From: Raillietiella orientalis
Lineage: Eukaryota
DNA length: 64,000 nt
NCBI GenBank assembly: GCA_036172245.1
Contig: JAYWIR010000017.1
Coordinates: 3,782,001-3,846,000, forward strand
Reading direction: 5' to 3'
The first letter of the stretch is position 1. Each line of letters begins with the position of its first letter. A model generated the notes under the pieces. That model did not search any database and was not told the DNA's origin. It saw only the letters and a list, made by a program, of their open reading frames with translations. The position numbers and the translations under genes are program-made. This document shows positions 12,601 to 24,700 of the stretch, in pieces.

Positions 12601-13281
12601 GTAAGGATGCACGTGTCGAGTAGTTTCGTGAAAGCACTTTGCTTTTCCATGGGGAACGTATAGGAAACCTCCCCTCGTTTTAGCACTTCGGTAGTGCTGT
12701 CTCTGAGTCTGCATAGGCACCACACTTTATAGACAACTGAGCCTCTTCTTTTTCTCTAGCGGTACTGTTCACTGCTCAACAACGAATAGTGGTCATAGTT
12801 CATCGTTATCGCTGGGATATAGTCAAAAATTTGCGAAAAGTTGATTGCTTTTATCACTATTTTTACTGCGCCTATTTTTGAATGCGGTCTTCTGGTCAAC
12901 GGTACCAAAATTGGAAGCTGGACTCTGCGATAACAGCGGGGTCGTTGCCTGGATGTTTATGCAACCACATGAAGTGTTTGCCTAAACATTCCAGTTCCTG
13001 TTTGCCTCCCTTTGCCCGATAGCCCCGAGTTGGCGGCCGTGCCTCCACGGCGTTCGGTCTCAGCGCCTACCTGCTATGGAAACGTTCCTTTTTCCTAGCC
13101 TCGTGCACTTTCAGAGCTAGGAACTCATCCAAAAGGAGATTGGAAGTTTCGTGGACAGGGATATTAGGAGGACAGTGAAGACCACGCTGCATCTATCTGC
13201 AAGAGCGTCCGGCCAGTGTCTCTGCCGGGATCAGAAGAACGGATGCCTGGGGCTGATGCTACTGTCAGATGAAGCAGATTC

Positions 13282-13459
13282 TACTTAGTGGTACAGTGTC
13301 TACTTAGTAGTACCAATTCTCGAGGTGGCGATGTAAGAGGATGTCGGGAGCCTGAAGCAGATACTCTCATTGTAGACAGCTGCTTCAGGCTCCTGACATC
13401 CTCTTACATTGCCACCTCAAGAATTGGGACTACTATAGTAGACACTGTACCACTAAGTA
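13282..13459. mobile_element. Fold-back palindrome / MITE-like element
   Basis: Near-perfect inverted arms at 13282-13360 and 13380-13459 around a ~19-bp spacer. The inner core TA-cagtgtctac...gtagacactg-TA has Tc1-like CAGTG ends and TA flanks. An extra partial arm lies at 13461-13484. Confidence 0.8.
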
Positions 13460-15847
13460 TAATTGGTACTACTAAGTAGACACTTCGGGTGGCTACCTTG
13501 GAAAATTCCTCTCTGGAGACACTGCAGGAAAATTCTCCTGGAACCAGTCGTTGAGGCACATTAGTGGCGACACAAAGCGCAGTTGGAGAACAGGAAGACA
13601 ACCCTCCCATCGCATGCCACCAAATTGGAGCTTTCTGAATAGAAAACCCAGAATTCCACCCGGAGATCTAACTTTCGATGCATCCAGAGCCTACCTGCGT
13701 CGCAGGTTCGAATGCCTCTAAAAAATCATGGACTATCCAAGGAATACCATCCGGGCACGGAACACCCCACTTGCAGCCACGCTCAACACCATGCGAAAAA
13801 AAGTGAACATGGCGATGTCCTTGCATGATGGGAAGTATCGTGAGAGGTCGCGTGAAAGAAGAAGCTGGGATGCTGGACGGCGCTTCAACTCGCTGACGCA
13901 TGTACCCCCACCGCCCTCTTCGAAAGAATTCTTCGGTCTGCGGAACTTCTGGACATTTCTTTAGAAGAGTACACTATGTCTGTACCTCTTCTAAGGGATG
14001 TCCAGGATCCCAGTGTTTGTGGACAGCCCCATGCTTCTCCTGAAGTGGCTGGACTCGGCATTGCAGTCGTTGTACCGGAAGATCCCTGCAACGCTCGAGT
14101 CTACCCCTAGACGAAGAGGAGTGCGGACTAAGACTGTGCCAGGTGCGGAAAACCGGAAACCTTACCGCACCTGTTGTTGGATTGTGTTCTTGCCCTCCTG
14201 AGTGTCCGGGAACGCTTCGCTGCGGCCCTCCCATTCCCGATGGGCAGAGAGGTCTTGCGGCGCTTCTTCAAGTGGGACTCAATGTCGCCTGCAGCTTCTC
14301 CCCTTGCAGCTCCGTGCTGCCTTCGTCGATCGCGGCAGCGAGAAGCCGTGCTCCGAAAGAGGTCAGTCGAACGGTGAGGTCATTCCAATCACCTGCCTCC
14401 TTCGTGAGGAAGGCGGCAAGATGGCCATATCTCCGCCAACAAAAAGAGGAACGTTTCCTACATCCTTCAGAGGATTCTGAGGACGCCGGGACGGAATATG
14501 TGATCCCTCCCCTCTCCTCCCAACATATTTTTAAACTGAGCTTTTGCGCTTTTGTTTGCGTTCACCCCTTCTCTCACTTCTCCTGTGCGGACCTCATTGG
14601 GAGGATCTGTTCACGAGAAGCAGTCTCCGAAGCATCTGCCATCGTAGTAGTGTCGCTGTGAAACCACCACGAAGAAAGACATTTTTTCATATTTTACATG
14701 ACCGTCTTTTTTTGTAAATATTTTTTTTTCTACAATAAACGCCCCGGCATGACCGGATGAAAATAGAAAATCGACGCCGAGTTGCCTGGCCTCCCTAGGA
14801 TGACTCTGAGATTACTCCAAGCTTCGGGTGTTCACTGAAGAGGTGCGCTTGCGTCCGCGGCCAGATGACCCGCTGATTGGCAGCCAGGAATCGGGAGCGT
14901 TCCCTTTGAAGTCCCAGCTTCACACACTTTGAAAGTGTAACGGCGAAAGAAGCGTTGGGAACTTCCGTGTGGAGGAGTTTGTCGATCCTCTCCAATGCAT
15001 CTTTGGAGTTAAGCAACTTGAGAACGTAACGAACCAAGAAAAAAAAGATGTAAGGAAGTGGGAAGAAGGAACGATGAATCAGGATGCCATCATCCCCATT
15101 TCAGCTAATGCTCTTCAAACTAATGTTGTTTGTACACGAGAGTGCACGAGCAAGTTGGATGGCTAGCAATGACCTCGACGGAGAAAGGGGGAATCAACTG
15201 TGATCCAATGATGTCTTCTGAGTTGCGTCTGACGGATCAACGAAGACTTTGTCCATATTTAACAGAAGCATCCTGCTATTATCTCTTCTTCAACAAGCGT
15301 TGTCAGAATGTCTTCAAGACTGAATAAAAGCTGGAGCTGGAGAGGACAACTGACCTGAACGGAGTTGCACAGATCCGTAATCGTGGTTGCGGTTTTGGAG
15401 CAGAGCAAACCGCTTGCGAGGTAGCGTGGCCGTGTACAACTGCCGATAGGTAAGCAGAGACTGTGCCCTTTAGCTGTCATCTCCCTGGTGTAAAGTAGGG
15501 CAGATTCTGTTCGCCCTTCATAGCGAGCTTCTTGTAAGTGGCCGAAGACGTCACTCGCCTCGTTCGCCAGCAGTAGGATGGAGGATCACAGTACGTGGCG
15601 ATCCCGCCCGAGACCCCCTCCCCCCAATGCAAAGACGACGGCCTGATGAAATCCCTGGAATGGAAGAAGATGTTTATGGTCCTTCTGGTCCTCCGATCTC
15701 TGCTGGACGTACTGGTGACCGAGCAAAACGTGAGAGACCCTGACGGAGATCGGTTTTATCACCCGGTTACGCTGGGAAGCCTGTTATAAAAAGTAAAGAT
15801 ACATATGTAGGGCCATCAGCCCTACATTGTCCGAAAATGCTCGGAAC

Positions 15848-16172
15848 CTGCCGAGTAACCGGCACGCAGGCCGGCGAGGTTCCCCTCGGCGGCGGAGGGA
15901 CAAACAAAAATAAAAATAAAACAAAAACATATGTACGAAAAATTGGGAGGGTTAGGGAAGGGATTAAAGGGAGCTGGAGGGCATGCCCTGCATCCTTTCC
16001 AGGATGCCAGCAGGTTCCATCCGAGTAGGCCCCAGGTGGGGTTATCTTGCTGTCGTCCACAGGAAGCGCAGGGCGAAGCAGATGCCGCCCCTATCGCGCC
16101 ATCCTCCCCTAGCGTAGCTTCCGGCCGCCACAATCCCAGTAGGCAGCAAAGAGCTGCTAGGGATGCGGCAGG
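15848..16172 (-). repeat. Diverged inverted repeat, left arm
   Basis: The reverse complement aligns with 17380-17712 (ccacctggg..cta..cgga.ggaac.tgc..gcatcctg.a.aggatgcag; T-rich tract; tcgccgg...tcggcag). Confidence 0.75.
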
Positions 16173-17379
16173 AGAAAGGGCATTGCGCACGAAGAGGCGC
16201 TTCATCACGCAAATTAATCAGCCAACTAGAATACTCGATCGCAAACGGGAGACTTCAGTTCCCTATTAAGTGACCCATGATTGCTGATGGCACTCGTTAG
16301 CAGCGGCGGTTTCTCTCACGAGCACTCGTTTGCCCGCTGCAGCAGCAGCCTCCATCATTATTTAGCGATGGGTCACTGTTATTCTTATCTGATCTTCCTT
16401 CGTCGAGTTCGACCCCGTGTTGCTGCTCCTCCGTCAGCGTGAACTTTGGTTCCAGTTGAGCTTGTAAGATGAGGCCCAACGAAGTGAAACCCGGCAAGAT
16501 GGGTAGCCGTCGTGATTCGGGAAGCTGAATCCAGATTTCCCTCTCTTGTCTCAGGTGACCACCACCAGGACGTATCTCGCCCTCACCGATCAAGAACTGA
16601 GAGTCCAGGAGCACCAGAGCCCAGAGGTCCTTCTCTTTCGCTCGTTATTTATGTTGATCTAATTATTATCCTTTCCTTTTGTACTCCAGACTTCATTCCC
16701 TATACCAAATGCCCCTACCCATTCGATTGCATTATGCATACCGCAATAACATGTGTTGACTAATAAACCCGTTGATGCGGATACGTAGGGCTCGTGATCA
16801 TCTCTGTGAGGCCGGTCCATCCTGCGTCTATATATTAATTTATATGTCTTCTCTCCTTTCTCACCTCCGCTCTCTCCCTAGTAGGGTTCTCAGTGATGCT
16901 TGGATCCATTCGGTTTGGACACAAAAGATTTCTGACCGTTTCTTTCTTGTAACTTTTATTGTGGTGAATTTTTATTGTAATCAATTTTGTCGATGACCGA
17001 GGAGGAGGCTGTGGAGATGGTAAAAGTATCCACTCGTTTCTTCTCGTATGTTCCCGAACCTTGCTGCCGTTGCCTTTTTTTTGAACAGGATCGGACCGAC
17101 GTGTCGGATGGGTGAGGAGAGGTCTTCTGCATGTGTGTCCGCTAGGAAGATGTACCCTCGAATTTGCCGAAATTTGGGGGGATGCTGTGAATTTGCAGTT
17201 TCGTATCGCCTCAATCGGAGAAGGGGATGGGCGAAAAAGTAGCCGTGCGCGGGCCCCTTTCCAAAGAGAAACGAGAGAGCCTCGAAACCGGGAAGCACTT
17301 ATTCCGCTTTCCCCTTGTGAGATTCTTCGATCACCATCGTTTTCAGACGCCTCTTCTTGCGTGCAGTGCCACACTGCCG

Positions 17380-17712
17380 CCAGCCGCGACCCTCTCAGTT
17401 CCGTGCTGTCTTCGCGGGATCACGGCGGCCTGGAACGCCAGAAGAAGACGCTGAAATGGCAGGGACGCAATCCACTGGGCGCAGATCTTCCTGAGGACTG
17501 CCCCGAGATGGTGCCACCTGGGCGCTATACGGACGGAACTTGCCAGCATCCTGAACAGGATGCAGAGGACTCCTGACAGCGTATCGTGATCTCCTCCCCG
17601 TATATAGTTTCCCCTCCTCTGCTTTGACGTATTTATTTTTTTTGCTTTTTGTTTTCCCCTCCCTCGCGCTGCCGAAGCGGATGTCGCCGGTTGGCGCACC
17701 GCTCTTCGGCAG
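17380..17712 (+). repeat. Diverged inverted repeat, right arm
   Basis: Colinear with the reverse complement of 15848-16172 over about 330 bp. Confidence 0.75.
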
Positions 17713-18087
17713 CTTCATGGCACGTGATAGAACCAACGGTTCCATCACAATCATGTGATTTTATCATGCTATGCAATAAATGTCCCGGCACAGCCGGATG
17801 ATAATCATCTCGAGAACGCTGCGATGCACCTCCTGCTCGCGCGCATGAAACAGGTGAGCGACAAAGTGACGACATCGGAGAAGACGTCTTTGCGGACGGG
17901 CCAGTGGACCAGACGCGAAAGCCGCGGAGCGCTTCCGGACGGCAAGCGAAACTCCAATGAGGTTCGGTGGTCAGAAGACTCCCGCTGGTGAGCAGCAAGA
18001 GAACTTGTAGACGGGAAGGAGGGAGGGTGTATGTGGTAACTCTTCAAGCTAGAGGTGCCCTGGAGGGAGGGGGGGGGACATCCTATG

Positions 18088-18615
18088 AATCCAGGAAAGG
18101 CTCCAGGGAAAGCAGTCCATTCCTCTCACACTCGGGTAGGAATGTCGAAGGGAACCCTCGCCCTGGTTTTCCCCGGAGGGAACCTGGAAAAGATCCGCTC
18201 CTGGTTTCCTCCTCCTCTGAGAACCCCGAAGAGACCATTTATCTGAAGAATCGCTCCCCGAAGGGAGCAGCGCGCTTCTGGCACTCTGGAGAGGCGACTC
18301 CCCCGAAGAAGGGAGTATCAAGCAGCTCCTGGAAACGCGGTGGTGAGTCCCCTTCAGAAGGGGAAAAGGGAAGGCTCCACCTTCTCAACCGGAGGGGAAA
18401 GGCTCCCTGCTTCCTGGAAGGACCCCAGAGGGTGAACTTCGGATCCCAGCCAGTCGGCGAGGACACCGGCCGGTGCCACTCCCGAAGCCGGTGGGCAACC
18501 AGAGCCATCCTACGGGGAAGACTCGAATATTGCGACACACCCATTCCTCCGGCGTCGATCTTCCCCGCGCGGGGATTCGAGCCCGCGACGCTTGGAACTG
18601 CAGCCTCAAGGCCGC
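18088..18615 (-). mobile_element. tRNA-derived SINE (family copy B)
   Basis: The minus strand has caagcgtcgcgggctcgaatccc (B-box-like), ggggtccttccaggaa.cag, cttcggggttctc and the same 3' end (tgagaggaa.ggact...ttcctggatt) as 62964-63513. Confidence 0.7.
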
Positions 18616-20450
18616 CAGTGGGAGTTTCCGTTTCCGTTTTCTCGGTCTCGCTGCTGCCGACGTGCTCGCTCTGGGGCTTCTTCCCTCCTGCTCCTAGAAC
18701 GCGGAGGTGGTCGCAGCTCTTCTTCGGTCGCTTGGCGAAGCTCCCTGCTTCCAGACGAACCTTTCAGGAAGAACATGGAGAAGAGCAAAGTGAAGGAAGA
18801 TCGGGACCAAGTGGCGTTCAGGTCGCGTCGAAAGCAGAAAGAGGAGGACCATCTCGCCGAGCCAGGTCAGGGGCAAAGTGGCCAGAGAAGCTTACAAATG
18901 CGGTCCAGGGGTGGGTGCTGTGCTTGAGAAGGACCCGATAGTGGGGACGCGAAACGGGACTGCGACAGGGCCCAGGGAGTCGGCGGCGTGCGGCGGAGCC
19001 GCCATCGCCGCGCTGCGTGACGAAGCGCAGAGTCACCTGTTTCCCCTTCGCGAAGGTCGCAGCGACCCCGCACGAAGGTCCTCCCTAAGGATCGGATGCT
19101 AGGGCAGTCTGGATGCCGTCGCCGCCCCTGGTGACACTCGCGCTTCTCTTGCTTCACCCTGGGTTTTTCTTGTTCCAGATAGAGAGCGACCCCGAGCCAC
19201 GGGGTTCAAGCTGAGAGTCCTCCTTTGATCTGAGCCGCCGCCGCACTCAGAGCAAGGGACATTCACGGATGCTGCACTTGCGTAGCGGAGGTGGTGTCGG
19301 CGCGTGGGACGGAGCCGGAGATGCCAGAGATGCCCGCGCAGCCGCCGCCGCCCGAGGCCGATCCGACTGACCATTCGGTCGCTGTCGCCTGACGTTCCGG
19401 AAGGATCGCGGCGGGGTGATGGAAGAGGATGCCGAGCTTGGGGATTCCTCTTCTCTCTCTCTTTTTCCTTTCGTCCCCAGTCTCCTCTCTCCTCGTCGCT
19501 GTCCGCCTTGCGCCACGTCACCAACCGGTCTCGGTTCACTTTGGACAAGACCATTGCGAGCGTTGCCCTGGCAACCTGCCCAAGGTTCCACCGCCGGGCG
19601 CCGTTCCACCGCCTTCCCTGGTGTCCGACCGATCTGCCGGTTAGGTAGGTGCCACGAAGAGCGCAGGAGCATCAGGAAAAAAAAACCGATGAAGAGAGGA
19701 TTTCCGGGTTTCCTTAAGAGGATGAAAAGGGACAGGGGAAAAGGGGGGGATGCAGGTGGTTTTCCGAGAAGGGTTGTTGCTCCAGGAAGGACTGCGCTCC
19801 GTAGCTGCTTCGGATGCTGAGGGGGAAGCTGGAGGTGCCCTTTCGGAAGCGGAACACTTTCCGGAGGAAGGTGACCTTGAAGTCGAGCAGCAAAGACGCG
19901 ATTGCCTGCAGGGGTGCGTATGCTTGGGAGAAGGGAGGGAGGGGGAGCAGCAGCAAGAGAAGAACGCCGTCGGCTTCGATCCTGTTTGGCTTCGCGTTAG
20001 GGAGGGTCCATGGATCACATGGTGATCGGATTCCCGGAGACGCTGCTCCCGGCTGCTTAGAAAACCGCGAGCGCCGCTAGAGCAGAAGTCTTTGAGGGGG
20101 GGAGGGAACCGAAAGGGAAGCTGCTCGCAAGATGACCAGCATGATGGCCCTCCTGACATGGAGGGCGATAGAGGAGGAGGAGGGAGTTGCGCCGGTCGGC
20201 GACTCTCATGCATGCTACAGGGCTGAAGAGCAGGGGTTGCGCGGGAACATAAGTTCTTTCCCCCCCCTCCCTTCCCGTGCTTCTAGCGAGCGTCCAGCTC
20301 CGGACACGAACAGTCCAGTTTATTTTTCATGGATCCCTGGACATCCCTCCTTTTGTTGCCCGCGCTCGAGACGTGAGGAGGGCTGCGCGGAAGACAGGGA
20401 GGGGCTCTGGGCACACTGGCTTCTGGGAGTGCGCGGCGGCCCTCCACGTC

Positions 20451-21695
20451 CTAGAAAACGGGTTTCGTGATGCGGGCCCATAGGAGAATCACCCCGGAGT
20501 TGTTGTCCCGGACGAAGAAGAGGAACGGCCGGTTGACCAGGAAGTGCCTGTGCGCTCCGGTTCTTGTGGTCAAGACTATGGTGGAGGCGGAAACCTCGGT
20601 GCCCTTCTCGGACACCTCGACGTTGGCGCGGTGGTACGCGGAGCTCACGAAGAGGGGGCTGTTAGTGATCTTTCGCAAGCTCGCCTTGCTCGGGTCAAAG
20701 ATGTCCGTCACGTTGAGTCTTATCAGTACCTCCATGAGGTCCATATCGCCTTCCATCTTCATCTTGGGCAGGGAGAGCATGCCCGCGACGAAGCGCATGT
20801 TCTCGATGCCCTCGAGGATGGCCTCGGTGGTCAGGTGATTCTCCAGCTCCTCGAGGTTGTGGTCATTGGGCAAAATGACGAAGAACCCGAACTCGGGGGG
20901 CGACCCTTTGTAGGGGATGCCGAACATGGAGAAGTTCAGGCGCTGGTTCTCCCAGTAAGGGAGATCGGTCGAGGACACCATGTACGTCACCAGAACAGAG
21001 CTGGTGCTGTCCACGAAGAAATCGTCCACCTGATTCATGGCCTCGTCGAAAGGGTTCTGCCAGAGGCCTTTGAAATACACGGCGTTGGCCAGGATTAGGA
21101 GCTGGTTGCTGATGGGTTCGGTGAGGATCTTGCTAATCTTCCCCCTGGTGTTCGTCTCCACAAACTCGTTGATGATCCTGCGGCTCTTGGGCTCCTCCAG
21201 AAGGAAATCCAGGGTCTGGATCGAGGCGTTGTAGTAGGTCTTCGCGTTCACTGCGTAGGAATCGCTGAGGGTGACATGCTTGTCGACGAATATCCCGTTG
21301 GCCATGCTGAACTCCGCCCCTCTGTTCTCGGAGAGCAGAAGCGACACGAAGTTGCTGTACACCGTGTGGACGACGTCGGGGCCCACGCTCCTGGGGTAGT
21401 GCAGCGCTGTCCGCACCTGCTGCTCGGCTTCCCTGGAACTTCCCAGGAGCAGCAGGTTCAGCGCAGCGACGATGCTGATGGGCGAGAACATGTAGCTGCT
21501 GCCCGGGTGCTTCGACCTGGCCAGGACCCGGTGGACGTCGAGGGTAAAGTGTATCAGCGATCCTTCCGGGTGGAACCTCTTGTGCTCGACATGCTCGGAG
21601 ATGGAGTCCAGGTCGTTCGTTTCCCTCGCTAGCTGGCCCTGAGCCAGCTCGCAGCCTACCAGGAACGCGACCAGGAAGGACGGAGCCCTGCGCAT
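20451..21695 (-). CDS. Secreted serpin (serine protease inhibitor), 414 aa, single coding exon
   Basis: ATG at 21695 starts a signal-like MRRAPSFLVAFLVGCELAQG. Serpin motifs: FSPISI, INEFVETNTRGKI, LILANAVYFKGLW..PF, LSLPKMKME, hinge EKGTEVSAST, and signature FLVNRPFLFFVRD. Strong GC3 bias. A polypyrimidine tract plus AG acceptor at 21728-21729 suggests a 5'-UTR intron. Confidence 0.97.
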   Translation of the reverse strand: MRRAPSFLVAFLVGCELAQGQLARETNDLDSISEHVEHKRFHPEGSLIHFTLDVHRVLARSKHPGSSYMFSPISIVAALNLLLLGSSREAEQQVRTALHYPRSVGPDVVHTVYSNFVSLLLSENRGAEFSMANGIFVDKHVTLSDSYAVNAKTYYNASIQTLDFLLEEPKSRRIINEFVETNTRGKISKILTEPISNQLLILANAVYFKGLWQNPFDEAMNQVDDFFVDSTSSVLVTYMVSSTDLPYWENQRLNFSMFGIPYKGSPPEFGFFVILPNDHNLEELENHLTTEAILEGIENMRFVAGMLSLPKMKMEGDMDLMEVLIRLNVTDIFDPSKASLRKITNSPLFVSSAYHRANVEVSEKGTEVSASTIVLTTRTGAHRHFLVNRPFLFFVRDNNSGVILLWARITKPVF

Positions 21696-24199
21696 GATCG
21701 ATGGCAGCGGAGTCCTCGTTGTCGTAGCTACGGTGATATGGAAGGAAAAAAAAAAAGAGAGAGAAATGGGAGAGGAAGAACGAGGCACTACGCAGTGAAG
21801 GATTCTTCCACCACCCACCGCTCACGTTGGGGGGGGGGCCCTTCAGGAGAGAATGGGTGGACCGCTTCCGAGGAGTGACGGTGGTGTCCCCGAGGGACTC
21901 GTGCGCGCTTTGGAGCCCGCGGCGAAAAAGGGAAGCGCGCCGAGCACGCCCACGCCCTTCGCGCGAAAGGAAGTTCTCACTGCCTGAGGGAAGGAGCAGC
22001 GCTCCCTGCCCGAAGAGTCGATGCCGCCCGCTGTCCCCCTCCCTCCTCCTGCCCCTGAAACAGGAGGCGTCACTCTCAGTAGACCTTCGAATCGGCTTTC
22101 GATGCTCAGGCTGCGGGACGGCAGCGTCCGTCCGCCCTAGCTTTCTGACTAGCCCACGCACCACAGACGATGGAGGGAAGCGGAGGCACCGAATTTATCG
22201 ATCTTTTCGGAAGCTTCAAAGATTTCTTGAGTGTGCTCGGCGCGCGTTGAACGAGCGACGGCGGCAACGCCAACGGCGGACCTTGGAAGTTTCCCGATTC
22301 CCAGCGGATCCATCCGGGAATCTCCTTCCCCCCCCCCCTTCCTCTTCCGGAGGAAGAGTTTCCAAGGATCGCCTGCATTGGTCTCATTGTTTGATTTTGG
22401 ACACATCGGATGATTCCTCTGCGACCGTTCCGGTGCTAGCAGACTCTCAGACAAGAATCGAGTAGATCAGTGAGGTTTTGGGAATCCTTCTATACCGTGG
22501 CCAGTTTCGCTTTGGCCGCCCTTTTGCGCACCTCCAAGATTCGTAGCTCCAACGCAGCTTCGTTTGCATATTTTCCAAGCTACTTATTCCAGCGTCTTGC
22601 TTCCCAAATCCCTGCCGTCCTCCTTCGTACTGTTCTTCTCTTTGGGTCGCACGGAAACGGACTTGCCTTTTCCAGAGCGAGCATCGGAAATCTTTGTTAC
22701 AACTCGACCACAAGACCTGACTTTTCATTCAGCCTCGTGGCGTCTGGATTCGTTCCAGAACATTCGTGCATTTCACGATAAGATATGTCAGATATCCGCA
22801 GCTTCCGTCGTCTTAAAAGAGTCTGAAAAAGGCAAAACATGGACTGGAGAACATTGGTTTCCCGACACTGAGGTCATCCCTGATATCTGGAACGATTACT
22901 CCTCCCTCGCCTCACAAGGTCTTCAATGTCTTTTCTGTGCACAAGATGACCGCTTCTTTTGTTGCACAACTGCGGGAGTCTGGCCATCTTCAATGACAGG
23001 AGTAGTTTCAGCTCTTTCCAGCCGCTCTTCGCTGTGTGCGGGGACGCCCCAGGCGCTTTCTCAAGCGCTGAAAATCCGATTCAAGTTCTTTGAGGGACGG
23101 TTCCCTACCACTCCCGGACTCCTCGACGGAATTCCTTTTCGGATTGTTCCGAACAAGCGAAGGTCTTCGAGACATTGGAAACTTGCCTTAATTAAGTCGG
23201 CGCAGCAGTGTCTGCAACACTGCTTGAGAATGGCAGCATGCTGGAGCACAGACCGACTTTTAATCCAGAGTGTCGGACGTTTCAAAGTCCGAAGGTGCCA
23301 CTCCGAGAAATTTTTCCCTCTGCCTTGTCCAGGCGGGCTCGCCTTCCTGACTCGCCATTTTAACGCTCTGCAACAGCGATTTCCGCAGGATCGCGTTGTG
23401 GTTTCGTCGTGTCCTCCGACCTCATGCAGATGCCTGCAGTTTCTTCAGGTGAGACGGCGGGAACCGCGACCAAGTCATTTTTTGCCCGACTGCCATGCAC
23501 GCAAGCGGCGACGCCACCGCCTCCTTTTCCACGATAACACAGCATGCCGAGGACGCAGTGTTATTGGTTTCGTCCATGTACATTACTCTGGATTTTCTAA
23601 TAGTCACTAACAGTTCACTTCCGAGCGAAAATGCGTGTACACAGACGTATTCCTACAACGAGAAATTAATAAACATTCTCTCTGACGTGATATTAAAGAA
23701 ATCATTTACCACTTAGCGTCAAAAAAGCTCGTAGCTTGGAAACTTCAAGGTGAACGCACAAAAACAAGCCCAAACTAACCCGAGTCACGTGGACCGGAGT
23801 TCATCACCATCATTCACTATGTGCAAGATGTGTACTGAATAAGTACAACATGTACTTTGCACATGCATCGATTTGAAAGGATATAAAAAAAAAAAAAACT
23901 AGGGCTTTGGTCGGAAGAAGATGAACGCCTATTCGTGCATTTAAAAGAAACACTGCGGTGGAGGTATCCGGATGGTGTTGTTTCATTGTCTCGAAACTTG
24001 AGCATCAAATAGTCAACCACTTGATTCAACCAACCGAATCAAACGATTCCCGCCTGTCCAGATAGGACTCTTATCAGCTGCGAGACTTCGCAGAGGTTCC
24101 GCCGTATGGATTTGGTGTCTTGAACCGAGGACACCAATAAGATCAGAAATACAGCACACATAGACAGTGCACAGTAACCAAGATGAGTAGATGCTATCT

Positions 24200-24700
24200 T
24201 GGAAAGTGTGGGGCAACAAATGCTTCCGAATGTGCTGGCGAAAGAAGTTAAAAAGGGAAGCCATAGCTAGTCCTCACCATTAGAATGCAGTTCTTCAAAA
24301 TGTACCACGGTCTCGAAGACCTCACTTCTAGACACAAATTTCCCATGGTATGGCTGAGATAATCGTTCAGCGTAATGACCAGGCCAAACGCCTTATAAAA
24401 GCGTTAGCATCGTTTCCGAAGCAGTCATCTTGAACACGAAGATTAACTTCGAAAACGACTGCAGTCCCTTAAAGGACCATCTGTTCTCCCAAATTGGTAG
24501 CATCACGCAGAAAGATTATGTGCTTTCTTGGCACACACGAAGCCTACATTTTGCAAGATTTATCTTTTCGGACGAAGATTAGCAGCTGCAAACAGTCACT
24601 ATCGTGTAAGCAGGTGCTGCAGCCACGTTTGGGTTTCTTGAAGAAGAAGACCGTGCTTTGGAATAGATTGGAGTTAACAACGATACCTTAGGGGTTGTCT
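24200..24700 (-). mobile_element. Possible decayed Penelope-like retroelement fragment
   Basis: YKAFGLVITL...ILKNCIL..SYGFP / FFRQHIRKHL resembles the Penelope post-RT segment YKxGLxxTL...ILxxNGYPxxFIxxxIxxxL. Spacing is imperfect. Confidence 0.25.

Noticed and set aside
15345..15660. Exon-like segment on the minus strand with acceptor and donor
   Set aside because: All three frames contain a stop between the splice sites and no domain was recognised.
17967..18941. 324-aa plus-strand ORF
   Set aside because: Mostly the antisense strand of a SINE copy; low complexity and no domain.
21696..21818. N-terminal 41 codons of the 455-aa serpin ORF in the track
   Set aside because: Starts at a non-ATG codon and runs through a polypyrimidine tract and splice acceptor. 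The ATG at 21695 directly precedes a signal peptide.
20467..22164. Several long ORFs overlapping the serpin (e.g. 21133-22164 -, 20544-21098 +)
   Set aside because: Shadow frames produced by the serpin's GC-rich codon bias.
22564..23610. 348-aa plus-strand ORF
   Set aside because: No recognisable domain or codon bias; more likely the antisense of decayed transposon sequence.
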